From assembly GCA_965112155.1 (NCBI GenBank), contig OZ218102.1: a DNA stretch of 64,000 bases, one strand, 5' to 3'. Numbering within the stretch: the first letter of the stretch is position 1; each line of letters opens with the position of its first letter. This DNA comes from Podarcis liolepis (taxonomy: Eukaryota). The notes beneath the pieces were generated by a model. The model did no database searches and was not told where the DNA came from. It saw only the letters and a list, made by a program, of their open reading frames with translations. Shown here one piece after another: positions 52,990 through 63,571 of the stretch. The position numbers and the translations under genes are program-made.

Positions 52990-53360
52990 AAAGGTAATGG
53001 AGCCCTGGAAGGTTAAGTCCAGTCAAAGGCGACTATGGGGTTGTGGTGCTTATCTCGCTTTCAGGCTGAGGGAACTGGCATTTGTCCACAGACAGCTTTT
53101 CAGGTCACGTGGCCAGCATGACAAAACCACTTCTGACACAACAGGACACCGTGACGGAAGCCAGAGCACATGGAAATGCTGTTTACCTTCCCACCGCAGC
53201 AGTACCTATTTATCTACTTGCACTGGTATGCTTTCAAACTGCTAGGTTGGCAGGAGCTGGCACAGAGCTCACCCCATTGCACGGATTCGAACCGCCGACC
53301 TTCTGATCAGCAAGCCCAAGAGGTTCAGTGGTTTAGACCATAGCGCCACCCGCTCCCATG
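52990..53360 (-). mobile_element. Sauria SINE
   Basis: Reverse-complement copy; TSD ctcaggtcct at 52980-52989 and 53361-53370. Confidence 0.93.
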
Positions 53361-53896
53361 CTCAGGTCCTGCTTGTGAGTTTCCCACTAGTATCTGGCTG
53401 GCCACTGTGAGACAGGGTGCTGGACTAGATGGGCCATTGGCCTGATCCAGCAGGCTCTTCTTATGTTCTTACCATCTGGTGCTCGGCAGATGCCATTGTG
53501 CTGGTACCAGCAACAGACCCCAGACTCAACACACTAGCAAAGTAGTCTCTCGAAGCTGAACTACTGTAGTGCAGTGGAAGGGAAAAGCAGGGGAGCACAG
53601 CTCTGGGACTTCTTTTTTCAGAGCAGCAGCAATGATAGCTGCTGGAACACCAAGGTAATTGATGGATCTTCCTTACTCTGGCAAGGGAATTATGAGATAA
53701 AGAGTCATTCAGGGTGTGCTAAAAAAAATTTGGGTAAGAGATTAGCATAGAGGAAGCCAGACAATGAGGGAATCAACTAAGCAGAGACTGGATATTTCTC
53801 TTCTTTGATAGGGTTCTTCATACTAGCAATTTAAATGGCAACATTTCTTTGCAATATTGTTTGTATTTTTAGCATAGGATTGCATCCACTTTGATA

Positions 53897-54395
53897 CAGT
53901 GGTACCTTGGTTCTCAAACTTAATCTGTTCCGGAAGTCCATTCCAAAACCAAAGCGTTCCAAAACCAAGGTGCGCTTTCCCATAGAAAGTAATGCAGAAT
54001 GGATTAATCCGTTCCAGACTTTTAAAAACAATCCCTAAAACAGCAATTTAACATGAATTTTACTATCTAACGAGACCACTGATCCATAAAATGAAAGCAA
54101 TAAACAATGTACTGCGGTCACACAATCAATCAGTAGCTGAACTGGGTTCCACACATTTACAAAAACAAAGCAAAAAAGAGCTGCAAAAACACAAAATAAA
54201 TAGCAAAAACAGACAGACCTCAGCGTAACACTCAAAATGGAAGTGTGGCACTGAAATCAGAAGTGTAACACTCAAAGCGGAGCATGTTCGGCTTCCGAAA
54301 AAAGTTTACAAACCGGAGGACTTACTTCCCGGTTTGCAGTGTTTGGGTTCCAAGTTGTTTGAGTACCAAGGCATTTGAGAACCAAGGTACCACTG
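53897..54395. mobile_element. Tigger-like non-autonomous element (second family)
   Basis: TIR cagtggtaccttggttctcaaa / tttgagaaccaaggtaccactg; TA on the left, TG on the right. Confidence 0.88.
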
Positions 54396-54662
54396 TGCTA
54401 ATAAAGTGGAAATTATGTTATATAATACTGCTATTGGGGAGGCCAAACAGACTCTCCCTGAGGGTGCTGCTACTGGAGATGCCATAGGTATCCTCTCACT
54501 AATAGCAGTCTAAGGCGCAGGGGCGGGAAGAGAACGTAATCCCCTTTCATGTGTTCATCATGTGAAGGAGGAAGGTGCTCAGATGCCAGCACTTTTAACA
54601 GAATATAGTTCCCAAGATGCTTTGGGGGAAATCATGGCTCTTTAAAGTGGTATGTTTAAAGT

Positions 54663-55044
54663 GGGACGCGGGTGGTTCTGTGGTCTAAACCACTGAGCCT
54701 CTTGGGCTTGCTGATCGGAAGGTTGGCGGTTTGAATCCCCGCGATGGAGTGAGCTCCCATTGCTCTGTCCCAGCTCCTGCCAACATAGCAGTTTGAAAGC
54801 ATGCCAGTGCAAGTAGATAAATAGGTACCACTGCAGTGGGAAGGTAAACGGAGTTTCTGTGCACTCTGGCACTTGTTACAGCCCTCCGTGCACCAGTAAC
54901 GGTTTAGTCATGAAGGCCACATGACCCAGAAAACTGTCTGTGGACAAACGCCGGCTCCCTCAGCCTGAAAGCGAGATGAGTGCCACACCCCAAAGTCACC
55001 TTTGACCGGACTTAACCGTCCAGGGGTCCTTTTACCTTTTTATC
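54663..55044 (+). mobile_element. Sauria SINE inserted in a Harbinger-like MITE
   Basis: Full-length copy; TSD taaagtgg at 54657-54664 and 55045-55052. The host MITE ends gtgcagatgaggccc at 55093. Confidence 0.92.
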
Positions 55045-55471
55045 TAAAGTGGTATGATACTGCTTTATTAAATGAATAGTGCAGATGAGGCCCAACATCT
55101 TGGTTCACAGCTTTGTGCTTCAGCTCAATCCTATGCATGTTTCCTCAGAAGTAAGGCTCATAGGCCCAGGAATGCATGCACAGGAAAACTGCAGCAGCCA
55201 TCACAATGCTGTTCTCCCTCCCTCCCTCTCCCTTCACTTCCTCATGCACTGAGGCATAATGTGAAAAGGTAAATCAGCTCTTCCTAAGCGCTTCACAACC
55301 TTCTTCACCTCAATCAATCCCTACTTTTCCCCCTTTACACTCAATTATCCTGGGCTTGTGTCTCTTAGTTTTTCTTATGGTAATACAGTCACATTTCTCC
55401 TTTCCGTTCTCCCCCCACCCCCACCCCCATTCCTGGAGGCTTTCACTGTTTTCTCTATCTGTCTTCCGCAG

Positions 55472-55530
55472 CTGTTAAAAACTCATTGGAATCATATATG
55501 CTTGACAAAATTGCTCATAAAGACAGCAAT
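55472..55530 (+). other. Candidate 59-nt internal exon
   Basis: Strong acceptor ttttctctatctgtcttccgcag| and donor aat|gtgagt. Two frames are open; no homolog recognised. Confidence 0.35.
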
Positions 55531-56869
55531 GTGAGTGACAGCCGCTCGCTGTGGGCTCCCAGCCACACATGTGAGATGGCGCACTCAGTCATGCCATAAA
55601 CCATTTCAACAAAAGCCAGTATGTTCTTGTATTAACTTAGATGCTCACAGAGTGCTCAGCCCGTCACAGATTTTCATGCAAGCCTGAGTCTGTGAAAGTT
55701 GCAAATGACAAAGCAACTGGGCCTTGCCATCTTTTTAGAAATGCAGAGCAATTTGAGGATAAAGGTCTACAAGCACAGGAGGGATAATATTATCCATAGA
55801 AAATGCTTTCCCTCTTCATAGAGGTGCTCTGCATGTAGCAAGGCAGAGCCTAGCAGGAGCAGGTGTAATAGGTCAGATAGAGCTGTGGGTTGAATCCAGA
55901 AAGTCATTGCATAAGTGGAATAACAACTGCTCACTCCCATTCCTTATTCTCCCAGCATGCACCTCTTGTCCCCATATCTGCTGTTGGGGGGCAGGTTGGG
56001 GAAACCTTCAGAGAATATTGCAGGGGGTTAGGGGCATGCAGGGAGAGGAGATGAATTTGACTGTGCAAGTTGAAATCAAACCTATTAGAGGCAACTTTCT
56101 GTTTTGGGACACCCAGGCCAAAAGCCAATACAGACTTGAATGTGCTCCAAAGGCCAAATTTTAAAAAACATGAGACTGTGGAAATTTATTTTTTTAAAAA
56201 AAGTTGAAACTTTTTTATTCCACATTTCAAAATAAGGAAGATTTGGTTCAGCATATGACTAGATGCTAGTCTGCCATCTTCTTGTGGGGTTACATAAACA
56301 CCACAATGAGTATCATGTAGCAGATTGGCCTCTATAGCTATGGTACAAGACAAGAGTGGTTTGCCCATGTTTGTCTCCTAAGTAATGGCTTATATGTGAG
56401 AAAAAAACCTTGATAGCGTCACATGACACTTATCAGGTTTTTTCTTGAGCTGCTAGTCAACAATAACTTGAGGAAAATCAAGTTATACATTTGTGGAATC
56501 AGTCCATGGGCTGCCACCATATCTAATTTCAGATACCATAAGGAGTGTCCACCTTGTTTGGTCCAGCCCAGCCCAGCCCCTGTGGTCAGCTGGAGAGCCT
56601 TTCTATGGTCTGAGGGAGGGGAATCTCTTTGGCAGCACCCAGATTAAGGAAACCCAAGAGTGTTGGCTAGGATAGCCATGTGTTCTGTTTTTCCTCTGTT
56701 TAAGGGGCTGTTTAAGGTGCTGCCCACTCCAAAACCAGTTTAAAAATAAAGTAAGAAGGGAGAGCAGGAGCCCCTCCCTCACTAGCACCTGGAAAGCTGG
56801 CTGAGCAGACACCAGGTTACCTGATCAGTATTCTCCACTATGGTGAGATGCACTGTATTGCTACTGATA

Positions 56870-57123
56870 GAGAGCCAGTGTGGTGTAGTGGTTAAGAGCA
56901 GTAGACTCGTAATCTGGTGAACTGGGTTCACGTCTCCGCTCCTCCACATGCAGCTGCTGGGTGACCTTGGGCTAGTCACACTTCTTTGAGGTCTCTCAGC
57001 CCCACTCACCTCACAGAGTGTTTGTTATGGGGGAGGAAGGGAAAGGAGAATGTTAGTCGCTTTGAGACTCCTTTGGGTAGTGATAAAGTGGGATATCAAA
57101 TCCAAACTCTTCTTCTTTTTCTT
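56870..57123 (+). mobile_element. Squam3 SINE
   Basis: Near-identical to the 41217 and 63330 copies; (CTT)n tail; TSD-like ctgata at 56864-56869 and 57124-57129. Confidence 0.9.
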
Positions 57124-57274
57124 CTGATATTTTAAAAATAACTATTTCTAAATTTACATATTTTAATTTGCAAATTTCATGCAAATCTGAATCCTCTTGA
57201 GCTTTTGGGGTGTGTGAGGCATCTCTTCCTTTCTTGTGATACATAAGTACCTCCTGAAAGATGATCCTTGACTT

Positions 57275-57296
57275 TTATTATTATTATTATTATTAT

Positions 57297-57328
<32 letters not shown>
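57275..57328. repeat. Compound (TTA)n(GTA)n microsatellite
   Basis: Direct reading. Confidence 0.95.
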
Positions 57329-58870
57329 TTTAGTCACTTTGCCCATAATTCCCCCCCCAATTATTGCAATTTTCAGCATCAAATTTCTTGTTGCTGTTTC
57401 TTAGGTAACTATTTGGGCTTTATTCCCCCCCCCTTCTCCCTTTTCAGACAGTTTGTTATGCTTTTGGCTGAATTTTGCTCTGTTCTGTCCTAATTTATTT
57501 CCTTGATTGTTTCAGTCTGAGTGTGTTGCTTTGGAATATTGCAAGTCATCGCAATCATACCTCTGGGAGAAGAAAAGCAGGGTTAAAACCCCATAAATAA
57601 AAATAAAGATAATTTGGCCTTAAAATGTGAGGTTCATTAACAGGTATTATTAGAATTCACTCAAACAACCATTAAAAATAGTCTTCCCTTCCTCTGAAGG
57701 AAATTGTAAGATTTAGGACACAGCGAACAGATACTGCACTCAGAAGTATTTCCCCCCTTACTGTGGCTTTATAAAGTCAGTTTCTGGATTGAAAGGTCAG
57801 AATGTTGGTGACTCTGTTTCTCATACCTTGGAGAGAGTTTAAGGAACCTCAATCTGAGTCGCTTGAGGTCTGATTCAAATACAGATTGCACCCTGTTAGG
57901 TATTTGACCATTCCAGGGATTGAAGTTTTAAAAAGCTCTTTTCCTTTAACATGGTGTTAGCCCTGACTTAACCCGAACCAGTGCTTCAATTCTAAATATA
58001 GTTAGAAGTTAATTGGTGCCAGGGTTCAGGCCAGATTGGATGCTGAACTGTCTATCGACAAGGTGCTTACCTCTTCACTCACAAATGTGGATTGAGCAGG
58101 CAAGGGCTATTCAACTGTAAAGTGAAAACATTCTGCACATGGTCAGGGGCCACCTGTTCACTGTGATTCCTTCATGGGGCCCAGGGTTCTATTCTGAAAC
58201 TGAAAGAGATTTTCAGACTAAAAACTGGTAAAGATTTAGAGCTGTGTCACAGAAGAGTTTCTACACAGAAATCAAAAACTTTGAACCTATTTGCATTTAA
58301 TGCTAGGCCAAACCATTGCTTAGTGCAAATGAATGAATTGCTGGAGAGCAGCTTGCTCTTTCCCCAATCCTGCTGCTGCTGTAAACTAAGCTATGGTTTG
58401 TCTTAGCATGCCATTCAAACCTGGGCTTGTGGATTATCCCACTTTGCTCTGGCTTCACAGCTCATGGTGCACCATGAGACCAGGCTGGGATGACGCACAG
58501 AGCCAAACTATGGGTTTAAATCTCAGCAGCAAAACCACCAGATGACCAGAGGAGCAAAGTGACCACAATCTCCTATCTGGAGCTGACACACCTACACATT
58601 TGTGCTATGCCATATTTCATTTTAGCATTACAGATGGACTGTGCCAGCGTGTATGTAGATAGATAGATCACAATAGGATTAGAATTTGGAGAGGGCAAAA
58701 AGCAAAAAATGTCAGCCCCTGTTGTATAAATGGGTGCAGGATGTATGGTCATTCCCCATGGAGAAATACACTTATTTGCACACAAGATATAGAGAACAGC
58801 TTATTGGTTTATTATTGTGCTCTTGAGATATTGGTGCTGATACTGTTTCTTGACTTATATTGATTGAAAT

Positions 58871-59038
58871 AGTTACAGGTAGGTAGTCGTGTTGGTCTGC
58901 CATAGTCGAAACAAAATAAAAAATAATCCTTCCAGTAGCACCTTAGAGACCAACTAAGTTTGTTATTGATATGAGCTTTCGTATGCATGCACACGTCTTC
59001 AGATACTGATATGCTACTGGAAGGAATTTTTTATTTTG
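58871..59038 (-). mobile_element. Penelope-like element (PLE) terminal fragment with inverted partial duplication
   Basis: Minus strand ctgaaga..cgaaagctcat..ttagttggtctctaaggtgctactgg. 59012-59038 is the inverted copy of 58912-58940. 13-bp TSD tattgattgaaat at 58858-58870 and 59039-59051. Confidence 0.8.
58969..59006 (-). ncRNA. Minimal type I hammerhead ribozyme motif (PLE-associated)
   Basis: GUAU-CUGAAGA-C-GUGUGC-AU-GCAUAC-GAAA-GC-UC-AUAU: stem I GUAU/AUAU, stem II of 6 bp, palindromic AGCU in place of stem III. Confidence 0.6.
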
Positions 59039-59075
59039 TATTGATTGAAATGTTATTTATATGCTGTTAGAACTA

Positions 59076-59430
59076 CAGACCCTCCAAATGCCCCTATTTT
59101 CCAGGGATGTCACTGATTTAGATAAGCTGTCCCTGTTTCTGATTTGATCCTGGAATGTACCTCTTTTCTTTAGGATGTCCCTATTTTCATTGGAGAAATG
59201 TTGGAGGGCATGGAGTTATCTGACCCTCGAGCCACCTGAAAGCAATGCTGTATAGGGAAGGGTTTTTAAAAAAATGTTTAATGTTTTATTATGTTTTTAT
59301 ATGTGTTGAAAGCTGCCCAGAGTGGCTGGGGCAAGATGGGCAGAGTCTAAATAGTAAAATAGTAAATAGCAAAATTATCATTATGGAATGTGACGTCTCT
59401 ATTTTCATCAGAAAAATGTTGGAGGTTATG
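59076..59430 (+). mobile_element. Composite MITE plus L2-tail element (copy 2)
   Basis: cagaccctccaa..ttggagggcatg (59212), L2-like tail, second right end ttggaggttatg (59430). Confidence 0.7.
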
Positions 59431-60349
59431 CAACTACAGCTTTGAAGCACAACCTGACTGTGGAAAAATGGAATGCAAATATGAAATGAAATCTAAGGAT
59501 ACAGGCACTCAATTTAAAATAATTCAGATTGGCTTGTTCTTGATACGGCATGAATGCTTTGTACATTTGGCATCTTGTGACTATGGGGATTGTATAGATA
59601 GTTTGATTTAAAGTAATCCTGGCTCCTTCAGCGAAGAGTGATTAAAGCCCATCTTTTGCCTTTATCACTGTGGTAGCTGAAAATAACAAAGTGTCATTTG
59701 ATGAAGTGTGATGAAAACCGTTACTAAAAGATATCAACAGGAGAAAGCGAAATCTCTTCAGTTTTCAGTAACCACGGTAATGATGATGCATGGATTGTAG
59801 CAGCTGGAAAGAATGGTGAGCTTTTGAGATGCAAAACGTTATAGCCCTGGACACATTATTTCCTGTTCCTGTTATTCTCTGGACAGAATGTGAAGCACAG
59901 CTGATTCCATCTCCCATCACAACTTTCATCTGGCTTCCCAGTTGAATTCCCAACCCCCTGTTCCTTCTCCCCACTACAAGCTTACTTTTTTAACTCCTTC
60001 CAATGCAATCCCTTTGCAGCCATACCCAACCTGGAGCTCCCCCAATGTTTTGAATTATTATGTATTATCAATATTTGTTAAATTTGTATATTGCCCTTCA
60101 TCTGAAGATCAGAGAGCAGTTCACAACATACAAATACAAAATGAGAACACAACATGCATAATAAAAAGAAGAAAAAGAACAAAAACAAACTAATAACTCC
60201 CTTCCCACAAAGGATAGAATGTTAACCAGCCAAAGGCCTAGTTAAAGAGAAGCATTTACACCCAGCATCCTCTTCTGGCAGTGGCCAACTAGATGCATAT
60301 GAGAGTACTAGTCACGCCCTCTGGGGTAACAGGGAAGGAATCTGTTCCA

Positions 60350-60870
60350 TCTTCGACAATGTGAAATCTACATGACAGCCTTCAGAGGTTTGAAGCCAGC
60401 TATTATGTCACCCTGATTGTCTCTTCTCCAGGCTAAACCTGCCCAGCTATTTCGTCAGCTCTGCATTCCAGACCCCTCACCATCTTGGAAGTCCTCCTAT
60501 GGAGGCATTCTGGTTTGCCATTGTCCATAAAATATGGTGCCTGTGACTAGGTATAGTACTTCAGATGCCATCTGATCAGGACAAAATAGAGTGGAACTTT
60601 TTTCCTGATCTAGACACTGTGCTTCTGTTCATGCATATTCCATTAGCTTTCTCAGCAGGTTCAACACGCTCTTACTAGCTCACGTTCAGCTTGTGATAAA
60701 TTAAGACACTAAGTTTCTTTTCACGTATATTTCTGCCAAGCCAGGCCTCCCCCACCATATTTTTGTGCCTTTGGGGGGGTTAATGCAGGATTTTGTATGT
60801 ATTTTTTGTTGAATTTCATCTTCCAGCTTTTGTCATTGTGTTCAAGCATGCCAAGACTATTTGAATCTTG
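60350..60870 (-). mobile_element. Older CR1 ORF2 fragment
   Basis: Colinear, diverged similarity to 15860-16400 (ctcttctccaggctaaac..ccagacccctcaccatcttgg..aagccaggcctcccccaccatat). Confidence 0.7.
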
Positions 60871-62887
60871 ACCATGAATCTTACCATGAAGTGAGGCCAT
60901 CCCCCTGATTCGTTTATGTCTATTTCTTTTTTAAAAAATAAACTCTTGTGGGTTGAAATAGATGCCGCTAGGAAAATGGGCATAGGATATAGGAAAGTTA
61001 GCAACAGCATGGCCAGCATTTCTGTGCATTGTGTTACTACATCAACAATTGTGCCAAGCAGCACTGGGTGTCCATTGAACCAGTTGTCCATCATTGCAAA
61101 ATTGGTAAACAGATCTAATATGCAAAAGTATGTACAAAAGTGTCCCTTATTTTGATCATCTAGTACTTTTCCAGGTCACTGAGTGCAGGCATGGATGGAC
61201 TGCAATATGAAAATGTTTCCCAGATTTAAAGGTTTGCATCTAATATTAATCATGCTCTGAGCAGATTCAATGAAAATCATTTCAGTGGGTCTGTTCTGAG
61301 TGAAATTGGGTTGGATACAACCCAAAATAGACAATACTTGGGAATTCCAAAGGTTTGGAATTTGGAATTGAAGCTTTGGATTTCATATTTAGCATTGAAT
61401 CTGTTTTTTTATTAAAAAGAAACCTGAACACTCATGACACTCAATAGTTTTAAAAGCAATACCTACCCACCCAGTCTTTAAATTTAACAACATTCACAAT
61501 TGGGAAGGTTGAAATGAAAGCCTATTTGATTTTTTGCAAATATATTTGAACTAGAACTAGCCAGAGAATTTCCCTCTATCGCCACCCAGATTTCTTTTAG
61601 TTCTACCATTCACCAAAAATAGTAACTGCCCAAAGAAAGAGAATTATAGTCAAATCAATAACAATGCCTGACCAAAAGGGGGGGACATTAAAACTTGCTT
61701 GGGTATCTATGCTTTGATTGTGAGGTTGAGGTTGCCAGTATGGCTGAGGCAGTTTCCAGTTACAAATGGATTGTTAGTGCCATGGAATTCAGAAGCACCT
61801 TAACCTTTTGCTACCATATTTTCTGAAGTATCTCACACTTCCTACCTTTCTCTGCAGACTAATGCCAAAGTTCTGGAAATACTTAGAGCTGACTTTAAGC
61901 CAAAGGAAGAATCTCTCAGCAGAATGCTATCTTCACCCACATTATATTCTTTCAGACGAGGGAAAGCCTTGAGTATTTCTCCACCGTCTGAATCTGTGCC
62001 TGAAAAATAGACTTGCATTCCCATTAAGCTGTCTTCAGTAAAGTTTTGAGACTGACAGCAAAGTTCCTCTGAGAGCTAAAGAAAAAACCCTTAAGACAAG
62101 AAAAATGCCAAGCTGCCTGCAACAGCCATGCCCAGCATGCTTTCTGCACAAGTCAGGGTTTGGCAAATGCCTTTCAGCTGCTTTCTGTAGCGCCAGGATG
62201 ACATCAAGTGGTAACTTGAGCCAATTACTCTACTTCACAATAACATCCTTCATTGTTTTCAGCCATGTTTCTCCCCCGCTCCCCCGAAAGGAAAAATCAA
62301 TAATGCACATGGTACCCTTCAGTTTGAAATGTAGCTTTTCATCTTTCTTTCCCGATTTTGAATGCGAGCCTTAGATATATAGAAGCTGGTTTACACAGAG
62401 TCAGACCAATAGTCCAACCAGCTCAGTATTGCCAACAATAATTGGCAGAAGCTCTTTCAGAGCTCAGACTGGAAACCTTCCCAGCCCAACCTGGGGATGT
62501 TGGGAATTGAACGTGAGACCTTCTACATGCAAACCATGTCACCTAGCTGTGTACTACAGCCCTTGCCCTGTTGTCCTCTGCTTCCACTTGTTGCAGAGAT
62601 ATGCTACAGACACAGATTCTCTCTCTTCCATGTCCCAAAATGCTGAGAACTACATTTTTGCTTATAGAGCAGGGATCTCTAACAGGGAATCTTCCAGAAA
62701 AATTAAACTAACACCTGCATAATCTCTTTGAAGACAAGGCAGTGCCGGTTAAAAAGCAAATTGAAGCTTGCTATAGTTTAGTATATTTTTATCTTATCCT
62801 TTCCTTCCTCCAAGATGCTCACATGCCCTGTTCTTCCAAGGAAAGCCTGCAAGGCAAGGCAGCAGGGCAACAAGGAAGCAAAGTCTT

Positions 62888-63276
62888 GGGCTACATCCAC
62901 ACAATACTTCAAGCACATGTGAGGGTGATCTGGCTGTCACCCCATTGATCCCCAGGGTTGATTCAGCTGATCTGGCTGGCTAGGCGGGTGTCCCCTTCCT
63001 CCCTCACCGCTCCATGTGTGTCCCTCCTGAAGCTGCGCGCTCGGTGGAAGAGGATGACCATCCCAGATAGAAAGAGTGTACCGTTCTTTGGTCAAGGGTA
63101 TACAATAGCTGCACTCCCCTGCTAGAACCTCCAAACAAGTTCAAGGGAACTGTCATTTTCTAAGGGTATCATAACCATTCTTAGTTCTCTTAAGAAACTA
63201 CAGTTCCCAGCATTCTTTGGAAGGAGCTGAGTGGTATAAGAGTGCCTTAAACATATACTGTGGCATGGCAGCTCCC
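62888..63276. mobile_element. Harbinger-like MITE hosting the 7SK copy
   Basis: Left end gggctacatccacac, internal inverted gggaactgt/acagttccc, degenerate right end tgtggcatggcagctccc. The right half resembles the element at ~54600-55093. Confidence 0.55.
62917..63146 (+). pseudogene. 7SK: 7SK snRNA pseudogene, 3'-truncated (about the first 240 nt of 7SK)
   Basis: Colinear with vertebrate 7SK as recalled: atgtgagggtgatctggctg..tcaccccattgatc..agggttgatt..gctgatctggctggctaggcgggtgtccccttcctccctcaccgctccatgtg..gaagctgcgcgctcgg..ggtcaagggtatac..cccctgctagaacctccaaacaag. It has a ~9-nt deletion near the 5' end, many CpG transitions, and no 3' hairpin or T-run. Confidence 0.92.
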
Positions 63277-63329
63277 TAGGAGCTCTCCATGGTACTTCCT
63301 TCCTGCACATCCAGGTGTATAAGCACAAT

Positions 63330-63571
63330 GAGAGCCAGTGTGGTGTAGTGGTTAGGAGCGGTAGACTCGTAATATGGGGAACCGGGTTCGCGTCTCCGCT
63401 CCTCCACATGCAGCTGCTGGGTGACCTTGGGCTAGTCACAAGTCTCTCAGGCTCACTCACTTCACAGGGTGTTTGTTGTGGGGGAGGAAGGGAAAGGAGA
63501 ATGTTAGCCGCTTTGAGACTCCTTCGGGTAGTGATAAAGCGGGATATCAAATCCAAACTCTTCTTCTTCTT
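63330..63571 (+). mobile_element. Squam3 SINE
   Basis: gagagccagtgtggtgtagtggtt..(CTT)n tail; short TSD-like cacaa on both sides. Confidence 0.9.

Larger units (their letters stand above)
52508..53471 (+). mobile_element. CR1 3' end interrupted by two Sauria SINEs
   Basis: Removing both SINEs restores a contiguous CR1 3' UTR ending ggactagatgggcc..gatccagcaggctcttcttatgttctta. Confidence 0.75.

Noticed and set aside
55472-55510. KNSLESY resemblance to an HSP70 C-terminal peptide
   Set aside because: Only 7 residues match, with no flanking similarity; treated as coincidence.
62917-63146. Functional 7SK gene
   Set aside because: It lacks the 3' ~90 nt, the terminator and an evident upstream PSE/TATA, and shows a deletion and CpG decay. 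Called a pseudogene instead.
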